Source: Candidatus Muiribacteriota bacterium (GTDB lineage: Bacteria > Muiribacteriota > Muiribacteriia > Muiribacteriales > Muiribacteriaceae). Taken from it: DNA of 34,075 bases. The stretch covers positions 1 to 34,075 of the forward strand of contig JBNJGP010000023.1 of the NCBI GenBank assembly GCA_051747805.1, in the 5' to 3' direction. Under the pieces are notes generated by a model, which saw nothing but the letters and a program-made list of their open reading frames with translations, made no database searches and was not told where the DNA came from. Positions 17,552 to 27,528 of the stretch are shown piece by piece; positions within the stretch are counted from its first letter, which is position 1, and each line of letters begins with the position of its first letter. Made by a program: the position numbers and the translations under genes.

Positions 17552-19897
17552 TCATACATAATTATCAATGTCATTTTCATTAATAAGAATTTCTCTTCTA
17601 TTCCGCTGGTCCATCTGCGAAACAATCCCTTTAGCCTCCATCATATCCATCAATCTGGCTGCTCTGGAGTGTCCAACAGAAAGTTTTCGCTGTAAAAGAG
17701 AAATCGATGCTTTATTATTTGAAATAATTGTATGAACAGCGTCGGGAAGCAGCTCATCATCGGCATCAATATCGGACCCAGCTCCCGAAGAAGACTCAGA
17801 ACCCTGCGCCTGTTTTTTTATTTCTTCTGAAATTTCTTCATCATATTCAGCCTGACCGGTAGTTTCAACCCAGTATTCTACAATTCTTTCGCATTCTTCA
17901 TTTGATACAAAAGCACCCTGAATTCTCTGAGCAGAATTTCTTCCAATAGGCCAGTAAAGCATATCCCCTTTTCCTATTAAATTCTCAGCACCTCCAGTAT
18001 CAAGAATTGTTCGCGAATCTGTATTTGACTGAACCGAAAATGATATTCTTGAAGGTAAATTAGCCTTAATAACACCAGTAATAACATTAACTGAAGGTCT
18101 CTGAGTAGCTATTAAAAGATGAATACCTACAGCCCGTGCTTTTTGGGCAATTCTCATTATAGATTCCTCAACCTCATTTCTGGCAACTACCATTAAATCA
18201 GCCAGCTCATCAATTATTACAACAATATAAGGTAGTTTTTCATAATCTTCTTCAGACTCTTCCTGGGCTTTTAATTTATCCATTTTTTTATTGTATTCTT
18301 CAATTTTTTTTACCTTTTCTTCTGCTAATATTGAATATCTTTCCTCCATTTCGTTAACTGCCCACGAAAGAGCTCCTGCTGCAAGTTTCGAATCAGTAAT
18401 AACAGGAATAAGCAGATGCGGAATACCGTTGTACATAGAAAGCTCAACCATTTTAGGATCCACCATTATAAATTTAACCTCATCTGGATGTGCATTTATA
18501 AGAATGGATGTAATAATTGTATTCACACAGACACTTTTACCGGAACCAGTTGAACCGGCAATAAGCAGATGGGGCATTTTGGAAATGTCACCTAAAACAA
18601 CCTCACCATTAATATTTTTGCCCAGCCCGATTGTAAGAAAATTCTCGTTTTTTGTAACCTGATACGCCAGCTCCCGAAAAGGAACAAGCATTGGTTTTGC
18701 ATTAGGAATTTCTATTCCAATTGCAGATTTTCCGGGAATTGGTGCCTCAATTCTAATATTATTTGTCGCAAGGGTAACCCCTATATCATTTGTTAAATTA
18801 AGCAGTTTTGAAACTTTAATTCCAGGAGCCAGTTTTAACTCAAAGCGTGTTACTGAAGGGCCTATTGTCATATTTAATATTTGAGCATCAATTTTAAAAC
18901 TCTTAAGCGTATCTAAAAGTTTTGAAGCTTTTTCTTTAAGTTCTTCCTGAGATACAGTCTGTTTAACAGAAACGTTATCAAGTAATTCAAGCGAAGGCAT
19001 TTTTAACGGCTTTTTTTTATCTGTTGCATTAGTCTTCTCTTCTTTATTCTCTACCGGAGGTTTTTTTTCCACATTTTTATCTTTTATAATATTTTTTAAA
19101 TCTTTTGGCTTTTCCTGAGCCTGTTTTTTATTTTTGTTTTTCACCTGCGGACTTACTTCCTCATCATCTTCTTCAAAAATTTCAGCTTCCACAAATTTTT
19201 CTTTTTCATTTGTTTCTTCTTTATGAAACTCCTCATCAGTGGGGAAATTTTCACTTTGAGTATTATCTATAATTAAATCATCAAAATTTTTATCTTTGTC
19301 CCCAGAAAAATGATTCTCTGAAGTGGTGTTTTCATTATTATTTATTTCTGGTTCTGAAGAAGTTTCGCTCCATGTAAGCATTTTTATTTTAGATAAATCT
19401 ACTTCAGGAATATTTTTTTTCATTTCAAAAATTTTATCTTTAAATTTACCCATATATTTTAAAACTAGATAATAAACCTGTACTAAATCAATTTTAAAAG
19501 TAATAATAAGTGACACAGTAAGAAAAATTAAAATAATCCAGGTTGTTGCAAATTTTCCAAAAACATATAAAAAACTTGAATAAATAGATTTTCCTGCAAT
19601 TCCCCCAACATTGTAAGAGGCTCCAATCATTAAAAAACAAACAGAAAATAAAATCCAGGCAAGTACCTCGAGCATAAGGTCATGTTTAGATAATTTATTA
19701 TCCTGAATAAAAAATCTTATACCTGTAATCCAGCAGAAATAAGAAATAAGAAGCACGCCCACACCGATTCCATTATAAAAAAATTTAATAAACTGATTAA
19801 ATAAATTACCCTCTGTTGAAAAAAAACCTATTGCAAACAAAATTGACAGGCCAACAAAAAAAGTTCCTGTTATCTGTTTTTTAAGCTTATCTGTCAT
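17552..19897 (-). CDS. ftsK: DNA translocase FtsK/SpoIIIE
   Basis: N-terminal TM domain, RIEAPIPGK, MPHLLIAGSTGSGKSV, IIDELADLMV, ATQRPSV and a gamma domain ASISLLQRKL...RAARLMD. Confidence 0.97.
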   Translation of the reverse strand: MTDKLKKQITGTFFVGLSILFAIGFFSTEGNLFNQFIKFFYNGIGVGVLLISYFCWITGIRFFIQDNKLSKHDLMLEVLAWILFSVCFLMIGASYNVGGIAGKSIYSSFLYVFGKFATTWIILIFLTVSLIITFKIDLVQVYYLVLKYMGKFKDKIFEMKKNIPEVDLSKIKMLTWSETSSEPEINNNENTTSENHFSGDKDKNFDDLIIDNTQSENFPTDEEFHKEETNEKEKFVEAEIFEEDDEEVSPQVKNKNKKQAQEKPKDLKNIIKDKNVEKKPPVENKEEKTNATDKKKPLKMPSLELLDNVSVKQTVSQEELKEKASKLLDTLKSFKIDAQILNMTIGPSVTRFELKLAPGIKVSKLLNLTNDIGVTLATNNIRIEAPIPGKSAIGIEIPNAKPMLVPFRELAYQVTKNENFLTIGLGKNINGEVVLGDISKMPHLLIAGSTGSGKSVCVNTIITSILINAHPDEVKFIMVDPKMVELSMYNGIPHLLIPVITDSKLAAGALSWAVNEMEERYSILAEEKVKKIEEYNKKMDKLKAQEESEEDYEKLPYIVVIIDELADLMVVARNEVEESIMRIAQKARAVGIHLLIATQRPSVNVITGVIKANLPSRISFSVQSNTDSRTILDTGGAENLIGKGDMLYWPIGRNSAQRIQGAFVSNEECERIVEYWVETTGQAEYDEEISEEIKKQAQGSESSSGAGSDIDADDELLPDAVHTIISNNKASISLLQRKLSVGHSRAARLMDMMEAKGIVSQMDQRNRREILINENDIDNYV

Positions 19898-20670
19898 AGT
19901 TTTCCTCTAAAAATAATTAATAAAACTGAAATAATTATACAGTAAATACCAAAATAATGAAATTTCCCCTTCTGAACTGTTTTTCTTAGCGCCATAAGGG
20001 CAAAAAGTCCGGATAAAAATGAGGCTATAAAACCAAGAATTAATCCTGTATCAAAAACAATCTCTTTACTAACTTCTAAATATTCAAGCAATGATGCTCC
20101 AGCAATAGCTGGAATAGAAAGCATAAATGAAAATTCAAATGCTTTCATTGGTGGAATTTTCATCAGCATTGCAGAAAGAATTGTTGAACCAGACCTTGAT
20201 ATACCGGGAATTATTGCAAGTGCCTGTGCTATACCAAGAATAATTGATTTTAAAAAACCAATTTTTTTATCACCGGGTTTAATAAAAGCAGCACTTGAAA
20301 CAATTAACCCATTAACAAATAACGAGAAAGAAACAAAATAAATTGTAAAAAGAGATGAAAAAAAACTTTTAAAAACTAAACCAATTAAAGCTGTAGGAAT
20401 ACTTCCAACAATAATCATTAAAGCCATGTTAAAATTTTCATCTTTATTCCATGTAAAAAATGAATATATAATCTGTATAATTTTTTTCCAGAAAACCACT
20501 AAAATCGATAACAAAGTTCCAGCATGAAGAAGTAACTCTAAAAACTGTCCCGGCATTTTAACATTAAGAAAATGATTAAAAATCACAAGATGACCTGAAC
20601 TTGAAATCGGAAGAAATTCTGTAATTCCCTGCACTAATCCTAAAATAATATTATTTAAAATATGACTCAT
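19894..20670 (-). CDS. uppP: Undecaprenyl-diphosphate phosphatase
   Basis: GLVQGITEFLPISSSGH and PGISRSGSTI motifs. Confidence 0.96.
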   Translation of the reverse strand: MSHILNNIILGLVQGITEFLPISSSGHLVIFNHFLNVKMPGQFLELLLHAGTLLSILVVFWKKIIQIIYSFFTWNKDENFNMALMIIVGSIPTALIGLVFKSFFSSLFTIYFVSFSLFVNGLIVSSAAFIKPGDKKIGFLKSIILGIAQALAIIPGISRSGSTILSAMLMKIPPMKAFEFSFMLSIPAIAGASLLEYLEVSKEIVFDTGLILGFIASFLSGLFALMALRKTVQKGKFHYFGIYCIIISVLLIIFRGKL

Positions 20671-21383
20671 TCTGTTCCCATCCAGGCGCCCTGAGTTTTA
20701 AGCATTTCAGCAAGATCTCTAACTTTATCAGGCTCAATATTATTCATAATTTCAGCAGCCCTGTTTTCTTTCATCTGCATTAGTATATCAATAGCAAGTT
20801 TATTATCCATTTGATTAAAAGTTTCCCCCGCCGCGTCCGGGTCCATTCTTTCATATATTCCGGCAAGCTGCTCAAGCTTTTCTTTTTTCAGCAAATCATC
20901 CATCTGCTCCATTTTTAATCCTTCTTCAATATTTTCTTTTCTATTCTGAAGATTTTCTATTTCTTTTCTGATTATATCGAGTTGTTCTTCACTTTCCCTT
21001 AATTTATTTTCAGTTGATTCAAGTTCTTTTTCTCTTTCTCCTAAAGTTGCAAGTCGCTGCTCTATCTCTCTTTCCTGCTGTTTTAATTCACTCTGTTGAG
21101 CCTCAAATGATTGACTCTGATCATGAATCCAGTTTTTAAGCCGTTGTTCTTCGCTCATATGAGCAAATTCAAATTTATTAATATACTCTGCAATAATTGG
21201 ATGTTCTCTTATATGAGGAGGGATTCTATCTCTAATATTAATCATGTCGATAAAATCCATTACAATCATTAAAAGACCTGTAACTCCAATAAGGGTAATA
21301 AGAAGGAGAAGAATAAGAAATTTTTGAAAAAGTGTTGTTTTTTTCTTTTTTTGACTGGGATTTAAATCAATATCATCAGGCAT
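20667..21383 (-). CDS. Flagellar MotE/YlxF-like protein (TM + coiled coil + MgtE_N-like domain)
   Basis: C-terminal LAGIYERMDPDAAGETFNQMD...ILMQMKENRAAEIMNNIEPD, located two genes downstream of fliJ. Confidence 0.78.
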   Translation of the reverse strand: MPDDIDLNPSQKKKKTTLFQKFLILLLLITLIGVTGLLMIVMDFIDMINIRDRIPPHIREHPIIAEYINKFEFAHMSEEQRLKNWIHDQSQSFEAQQSELKQQEREIEQRLATLGEREKELESTENKLRESEEQLDIIRKEIENLQNRKENIEEGLKMEQMDDLLKKEKLEQLAGIYERMDPDAAGETFNQMDNKLAIDILMQMKENRAAEIMNNIEPDKVRDLAEMLKTQGAWMGTE

Positions 21384-21393
21384 TTTTTTCTCC

Positions 21394-21675
21394 TTATTTA
21401 AAAAGACTGTTTGACATCATTTTATAAAAATCCAGTGATTTTTTACTAGAAACATTATCATCAGGATTTATTCTTGAAATCAAGTCATTTAATGCGTCTG
21501 TATCTTTACCATCAATATTAAGATTCTGAATTATTTCTTCAGTTGAACCTTTATTTGTTTTTTGAAGCTCTGAATTAAAAGAATCTGTCTGCATATTTTT
21601 AGATTTATTTAATTTATCAATTTTTGATTCTATTTCAGCGATTCTTGATTTTACCTGTTGTATACTGTTAATCAT
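21394..21675 (-). CDS. Small hypothetical protein in flagellar operon
   Basis: 93 aa, overlapping the fliJ stop, with an AGAGGGGG SD and an N-terminal coiled coil. Confidence 0.65.
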   Translation of the reverse strand: MINSIQQVKSRIAEIESKIDKLNKSKNMQTDSFNSELQKTNKGSTEEIIQNLNIDGKDTDALNDLISRINPDDNVSSKKSLDFYKMMSNSLFK

Positions 21676-22123
21676 CTTTCCCCCTCTTATTTAAAAATTT
21701 CTGTGTACCAAGTTCATCCAGAATTTTATTATTAAGTTTTTCTTCTCTTTTATAAAAGGCTTCTTTATGTTTTTCTTTAAGTTTCTGCAGTATTTTTTTT
21801 GCTTTACTTACTTCAAGCAGTTTTTTTTTCTGTTCAATTTCCTTTTTTTCAAACTTCTTAAAATCTTTAACAAGCTTTTCTTTTTCTTTTTCAAGTGCAC
21901 TTATATGGGAATTATAATATTTTAAATCATCAATAGTAAAGGTTTTCAGGCTATTTACTTTATGCTGAACCTCTTTTAATTCTTCTTCTTTTTCCTGTTT
22001 TTTTAATCTTTTCTCTTCTTTTCTTTTTCTTATTTTTATAAGTGTAGAGTGTTCCTTTTTTTCTTCAATCTCGCGTATATTTAAAAATCTTTGGTATTTA
22101 TAAACAAACTTTTTAACTTTCAT
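21668..22123 (-). CDS. fliJ: Flagellar export protein FliJ
   Basis: KKFVYKYQRFLNIREIEE...KILQKLKEK...LDELG coiled coil directly after fliI. Confidence 0.85.
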   Translation of the reverse strand: MKVKKFVYKYQRFLNIREIEEKKEHSTLIKIRKRKEEKRLKKQEKEEELKEVQHKVNSLKTFTIDDLKYYNSHISALEKEKEKLVKDFKKFEKKEIEQKKKLLEVSKAKKILQKLKEKHKEAFYKREEKLNNKILDELGTQKFLNKRGKDD

Positions 22124-23424
22124 TGAAATATATCCCGCATCATTTCTTCAGTTTCGTCCATAGTAATTTTTTCAAATGTTCCCTGTTTTAAAAAAGAGCG
22201 TATATCCTCAATTTTTTTAATAGAATAGTCAATTTTTGGATTACTTCCAGCAACATAACCACCAATATTTATTAAATCTTCGGCCTCTTTGTATGTTGAA
22301 TAAGTATTTCTAATTCTATTTGCCAGCATAATATGTTCTTTAGAAGAAATCTCAGGCATAAGCCTTGAAACGCTTTCAAGTATATCAATTGCAGGATAAT
22401 GATTTTCCATCACAAGCTCTCTTCTTAAAACAATATGTCCGTCTAAAATACCTCTTACTGCGTCTGCAACAGGTTCATCCATATCACTTCCTTCCACAAG
22501 CACAGTATAAATTCCCGTTATTGAACCTTTATCAGAAGTTCCGCTTCTCTCAAGTAATTTAGGCAGAACCGAAAAAACAGAAGGAGTGTAACCTCTGGTA
22601 GCCGGAGGTTCTCCAATAGTTAATCCTATTTCTCTCTGCGCCATAGCAAACCTGGTAACAGAATCCATCATAAAAAGAACTTTTTTTCCAATATCCCTAA
22701 AATATTCAGCTATAGCAGTTGCCACATAGGCTGCCTTTAATCTAATCAGAGCAGGTTGATCCGAGGTGGCCACAATAACAACCGAGCGTGCAAGACCATC
22801 GTCGCCCAGATCTCTTTCAATAAACTCCCTGACCTCTCTTCCTCTCTCTCCAACAAGCGCAAATATATTTACATCTGCCTCAGTATTTCGTGCTATCATA
22901 CCAAGAAGAGTTGATTTACCAACACCTGAGCCCGCAAATATACCAACCCTCTGTCCCTGTCCAATTGTTAAAACACCATCTAAAGCTTTAACACCAAGTT
23001 CAAGCTTATCTTTAATCCTTGTTCTTGAAAGGGGATTAGGCGGTGTATTATGCACCTCATAAAATTTTTCTTGTAAAATAGGCCCCTTACCATCCATTGC
23101 CTTACCAGTACCGTCAACAACCCGTCCCAAAAGGGATTTGCCCACCGGCACCCTTAAAGTATGTCCACTTGCCCTGACCTCGCACCCGGGCGCGATATTT
23201 GTAACTTCGCTATAGGGCATTAACAAAACTTTATTATCTTTAAACCCAACAATTTCAGCAAAAATTGAATCTTTTGAACCCCTGGGATAAATATAGCATA
23301 ACTCACCAACCCGCGCGGAAGGGCCAAGCGATTCTATAAGCAGTCCTATCACGTGAGTAACTTTTCCATTAACCTTTAAAGTATCAATTGAATCTATTTT
23401 ACCTTCTAAATAATTAAAGTCCAT
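22120..23424 (-). CDS. fliI: Flagellar export ATPase FliI
   Basis: GIFAGSGVGKSTLLGMIAR, LVGERGREVREF, MDSVTRFAMAQREIGL, GILDGHIVL. Confidence 0.97.
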   Translation of the reverse strand: MDFNYLEGKIDSIDTLKVNGKVTHVIGLLIESLGPSARVGELCYIYPRGSKDSIFAEIVGFKDNKVLLMPYSEVTNIAPGCEVRASGHTLRVPVGKSLLGRVVDGTGKAMDGKGPILQEKFYEVHNTPPNPLSRTRIKDKLELGVKALDGVLTIGQGQRVGIFAGSGVGKSTLLGMIARNTEADVNIFALVGERGREVREFIERDLGDDGLARSVVIVATSDQPALIRLKAAYVATAIAEYFRDIGKKVLFMMDSVTRFAMAQREIGLTIGEPPATRGYTPSVFSVLPKLLERSGTSDKGSITGIYTVLVEGSDMDEPVADAVRGILDGHIVLRRELVMENHYPAIDILESVSRLMPEISSKEHIMLANRIRNTYSTYKEAEDLINIGGYVAGSNPKIDYSIKKIEDIRSFLKQGTFEKITMDETEEMMRDIFQ

Positions 23425-24259
23425 TAAACTCTTCCATTATGAGTTTTTCAAGTTCATCAAACTGTGCATCTAAAACACCATCCACAAAACCATATTCTGT
23501 TTCAATAATACAATCACCGGGATTAAGATAATTTTCCTCAATAATTTTAAAGTTCTTTAAACCCCGCACGATTTTAAAAAATTCTTCTTTTTTATCTTCA
23601 ATAATCTGAACATCTTTTTTATTAACGTGCACTTTAACATTTTCTTTATCAGTTAGTCTATCTAAAGCAGCTTTCAAATTGTTATAAACAATTTCTCTGT
23701 TTACTTTTACCTCAGTATTAACAATTTTTCTTGCAATTTTAAAAATTATATTAAGCATTTCCTTATCAGCATTTTTAATAATTTCATTTTTTTTCTCAAC
23801 TACATTGTTTAATATACTTTCAGCCTCTTTTAAAACAGCCTCATATTCTTTTCTTACAGATTTAACTGTTTTTTCTTCACCATCTTTTGCGCCTTTTGTA
23901 TATCCTTCATCATAGCCTTTTGAATTTGCCTCATTTTTCAGGTTTTCAGCCTCCTCCTGTGCCTCTTTAAGTATCTTTTTTTTTTCGGCCTGAGCCTGTT
24001 TTATAAGTTTTTCGCCCTCACTCTGGCTTTTTCTTGCATTATCTTCAATCTGCCGGGCTTCCTGCTTTGCCTTCTGAATAATTTTTTCACCCTTTTCTTT
24101 TAAAGCGTTATTATCTGTAATAAGCTTATTTTTAACCCTGTTTAACTCCTCAATCTCGTCTTTAACAGGATCTCTATCAACTTTCTTTTTATCAACAATT
24201 CCATCTAAGCCGATAACAACCTTTTCCTCTTTATACTTATCAATTCTAAATACTGGCAA
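23414..24259 (-). CDS. fliH: Flagellar assembly protein FliH
   Basis: GYDEGYTKGAKDG GxxxG repeats and a C-terminal GDCIIETEYGFVD; TTG start with AGGAG SD. Confidence 0.9.
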   Translation of the reverse strand: MPVFRIDKYKEEKVVIGLDGIVDKKKVDRDPVKDEIEELNRVKNKLITDNNALKEKGEKIIQKAKQEARQIEDNARKSQSEGEKLIKQAQAEKKKILKEAQEEAENLKNEANSKGYDEGYTKGAKDGEEKTVKSVRKEYEAVLKEAESILNNVVEKKNEIIKNADKEMLNIIFKIARKIVNTEVKVNREIVYNNLKAALDRLTDKENVKVHVNKKDVQIIEDKKEEFFKIVRGLKNFKIIEENYLNPGDCIIETEYGFVDGVLDAQFDELEKLIMEEFNGL

Positions 24260-24268
24260 AACAAACTC

Positions 24269-25282
24269 CTATACAATAATTTCTTCTTCTCCACCACGGG
24301 ATATAACAACTTCACCCTGTTCCTCAAGACCACGGATGACATTAACAATTTTCTGCTGAGTCTCTTCCACATCTTTAACACGTACAGGCCCCATGAATTC
24401 CATATCCTCCTGAAGCATAGCCCCGGCTCTTTTTGACATATTCTTTGAGAATTTTTCAAGAACCTCTTCGCTGCTTCCTTTAAGCGCAACAGAAAGGTCT
24501 TTTGTATCAACCTCGCGCAGAATTCTCTGAATCCCTCTATCATCAATATGAATAACATCTTCGAAAACAAACATTCTCTTTTTAATTTCTTCAGCAAGCT
24601 CAGGGTCCTGAATTTCAAGAGTTTCAATAATACTTTTTTCAGTTCCTCTATCAACTTTATTTAAAACATCTACAATAGCGTCTATACCGCCAACAGAAGT
24701 ATAATCTTCAGATAAAACAGAAGATAATTTTTTCTCAAGAATTCTTTCCATTTCTCTGACAACCTCTGGAGAGGTGGATTCCATTTTCGCCACCCTTCTT
24801 GCAACATCTGCCTGAATCTCCTGCCCAAGCTGGGAAAGAATATAACCTGATTTTTCAGGCGGCAGAAATGATAAAATAAGGGCAATGGCCTGAGGATGTT
24901 CGCCCTGAATAAAGTTAAGAAGCTGATTTGGGTCAAGTGTTCTTACAACATCAAAAGGTCTAACTTGAAATGTTGCAGTAAGTTTACCCAGAATTTCCCC
25001 GGCTTTCTCTGAGCCAAGAGTTTTTTCAAGCAATTCTTTAGCATAATCAATTCCACCCTGACTGATAAACTCAGACGCCTGCAGAAGCTGACTGAATTCA
25101 TCTAAAACCTTGTCTTTTACCTCAGGTTCAACTTTCTGCATTTTGGCAATTTCCATAGTAAGAAGTTCAATTTCTTCTTCTGAAAATTCCTGAAAAATTT
25201 TTGCAGACAAATCTGGACCAAGAAATATTAAAACAATAGCAACTTTCTGCCTTCCTGTTAACTCTACCTTTTGTTTTGCCAT
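24269..25282 (-). CDS. fliG: Flagellar motor switch protein FliG
   Basis: LTGRQKVAI, GGIDYAKELL, EHPQAIALIL, MFVFED, GPVRVKDVEETQ. Confidence 0.97.
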   Translation of the reverse strand: MAKQKVELTGRQKVAIVLIFLGPDLSAKIFQEFSEEEIELLTMEIAKMQKVEPEVKDKVLDEFSQLLQASEFISQGGIDYAKELLEKTLGSEKAGEILGKLTATFQVRPFDVVRTLDPNQLLNFIQGEHPQAIALILSFLPPEKSGYILSQLGQEIQADVARRVAKMESTSPEVVREMERILEKKLSSVLSEDYTSVGGIDAIVDVLNKVDRGTEKSIIETLEIQDPELAEEIKKRMFVFEDVIHIDDRGIQRILREVDTKDLSVALKGSSEEVLEKFSKNMSKRAGAMLQEDMEFMGPVRVKDVEETQQKIVNVIRGLEEQGEVVISRGGEEEIIV

Positions 25283-25348
25283 AAAACACCCTTCCTCATA
25301 TAATTTTTTCTTAAATTCTTTTTATACTCTATTCTTATTATAACTTAT

Positions 25349-26908
25349 TTATTCTTCCATTAGCCAGTTTTTAAGTAATTTTGCAACATCTTCGGGATTT
25401 TCCTGCACAGAACGCTTTAATCTTTCATGTAGCTCGCGTTTTTCCTGGTCTTCAATTGAAACAATTGGCTCAAAATCTTCTTCAATTTCAACAACCTGTT
25501 CAACCTCTTCATCTTCCTGTTCTTTAAGCCTCTGTGCCTCTTTATATTTTCTATACCATCTTATCATTACAACAACAAGCAGTCCAAATACAATTGAACC
25601 AATAGCAACAAGTGTTAAAATCATCTTTCTTCTTCTTTCAGCTTCCATTTCTTCAAGCATTCTATCAAGCCAATCTCTATCAAAATGAATTTGAACAAGC
25701 TCAATTTGATCTCCGCGACTTTCATTAAAACCAACCGCATTTCTTACAATTCGTTCTAATCCATTTTTATCATTTTCTGAAAGTTCACGGTCATCATTTA
25801 ATAGAACCGAAACTGTTAATCTTCTAACAGTTCCCGGAGACTTAATAAGATGCTTCTGCTCAGAATTAATTTCATAATTCGAAATCATTCTATCTCTCTG
25901 ATATTCAGAAGCTTCACTTTCCACACCATGATATCCTGGAATATTGGCATCAGTTCCCGGTACACCCCCGGGAAATCGCCCACTTCCCTCATAGCTTTCA
26001 GACTCTTTTTCCTCAGAACGTTTTATGCCGGAATCCTCACCCTCGATTGGGGGAGCGAATTTTTCAATAGTTGTTTCTATTTTATCAAAGTCAAAATCAA
26101 CCGAAATTCTAACATCAGCATTATCTGGACCAAGTACACGCTGTAACATTGAGCGGGCTTTTCTTGATAATTCTTCTTCATATTCACTCTGAATCTGTAA
26201 AATCGTCATCGTTTTTGATGTATCATCTTTTTCATGATCAACCTTGTCAGATAAAATATTTCCATTAGAATCGACAATCTGAACGTTCATTGGTTCGATT
26301 CCTTCAATCGAAAAGGCAACCAGATTTTGAATAGACCGGATGTTCTCAACTTCCATTTCCTCAAAAGGACGCAACTGAACCATAACTGCTGCAGTAGCAT
26401 CTACCTCATCCTCTTTAAAAAGCTTTTCTTCAGGAATATTAATATGAACTCTGGCATTAACAACTGAATCAATCTGATTAATAGTATATTCAATCTCACC
26501 CTGCAGTCCCCTGATATAATCAATTTTTTCTCTCTGCTTTGTCTGACCAAGTATAGATGAATTTTCAAATATTTTTTCCCATGTAACATTTTTTTCAGGC
26601 AAAACATCAGAACCCGCAAGATCAAGCATTATTTCGTTTTTATATCTGTGAGGAACTAAAATAGTAGTACCGCCCTCTTCCAGCTCATAAGTGTATCCCA
26701 TTGACTGTAGCTCGTTAACAATTTTAGAAGCATCATCCTGTTCAAGGTCTGCAAACAATACCGTCGATTCCTCTCTACCACCCCAGAATATAAGAATAAA
26801 AACAGTAAAAACCATCAGTACTGCCAATCCCATAATAAGCATTTTCTGTTCTTTACGCAGATTAGAATAATTCACCTTTACTTTTTCAATAATCTCTTTA
26901 TAATCCAT
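25349..26908 (-). CDS. fliF: Flagellar M-ring protein FliF
   Basis: Two TM segments, ARVHINIPE..LF, GGVPGTDANIP, RLTVSVLLN, AVGFNESRGD and a C-terminal NPEDVAKLLKNWL. Confidence 0.95.
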   Translation of the reverse strand: MDYKEIIEKVKVNYSNLRKEQKMLIMGLAVLMVFTVFILIFWGGREESTVLFADLEQDDASKIVNELQSMGYTYELEEGGTTILVPHRYKNEIMLDLAGSDVLPEKNVTWEKIFENSSILGQTKQREKIDYIRGLQGEIEYTINQIDSVVNARVHINIPEEKLFKEDEVDATAAVMVQLRPFEEMEVENIRSIQNLVAFSIEGIEPMNVQIVDSNGNILSDKVDHEKDDTSKTMTILQIQSEYEEELSRKARSMLQRVLGPDNADVRISVDFDFDKIETTIEKFAPPIEGEDSGIKRSEEKESESYEGSGRFPGGVPGTDANIPGYHGVESEASEYQRDRMISNYEINSEQKHLIKSPGTVRRLTVSVLLNDDRELSENDKNGLERIVRNAVGFNESRGDQIELVQIHFDRDWLDRMLEEMEAERRRKMILTLVAIGSIVFGLLVVVMIRWYRKYKEAQRLKEQEDEEVEQVVEIEEDFEPIVSIEDQEKRELHERLKRSVQENPEDVAKLLKNWLMEE

Positions 26909-26924
26909 AATATTAACCTACCTA

Positions 26925-27233
26925 TTAGACTTGCATTCGCTGCATTTCTTGATATGCAGAAAGTATTTTATTTTTAACTTCCAAGGTGAATTGAAAAGCA
27001 ATTTTTGCCTTTTCTGCGGCAATCATTACTTCATGAATATCCTCAACATCGCCAGCAACCATTTTGTTAGTCATTTCTTCAGAATGTTTCTGTAAATCAG
27101 CTGTTTTTTTAACCTCGTTTGAAAACAATTCCTGAAAATCCTCAACCATATCACGATTATGCTGAATTTTTTCAGGTTTATTTTTATTAATTGTTGAAGA
27201 TGTCGCTAATGAACCTGGATTAATATTATTCAT
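26925..27233 (-). CDS. fliE: Flagellar hook-basal body protein FliE
   Basis: DIHEVMIAAEKAKIAFQFTLEVKNKILSAYQEMQRMQV. Confidence 0.95.
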   Translation of the reverse strand: MNNINPGSLATSSTINKNKPEKIQHNRDMVEDFQELFSNEVKKTADLQKHSEEMTNKMVAGDVEDIHEVMIAAEKAKIAFQFTLEVKNKILSAYQEMQRMQV

Positions 27234-27464
27234 CAGGTACCCCCCTCGCTATTTACATGTGTACCTGATATGCATCTGGAGAATTTTTTTTATTATTTAT
27301 TGTCCTTGATTATATATTAATAGAATTGGTTAATCAAAAAAAATTTTATCACCTGTAACCTGCTAAAATTCTGACGTTATAAACGTCTGAAACGTCGAAA
27401 AAGTAAACCGGTCAAACACAAATTTTTGCGAATTTTAAAAATAAAATTAAATTTTAAAAAATAC

Positions 27465-27493
27465 TTGAAAAATAAATCTTCTTCATTTATACT
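27465..27493 (+). promoter_or_regulatory. Putative sigma70 promoter
   Basis: TTGAAA-17 bp-TATACT upstream of the ORF at 27529. Confidence 0.5.
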
Positions 27494-27528
27494 TAATAAA
27501 TATAACAAATTATATTATGGAGGGGTCC

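Noticed and set aside
27300..27430. c-di-GMP-I riboswitch upstream of fliE
   Set aside because: It lacks the GGCAAA / GNRA / GACGCAAAG consensus arrangement.
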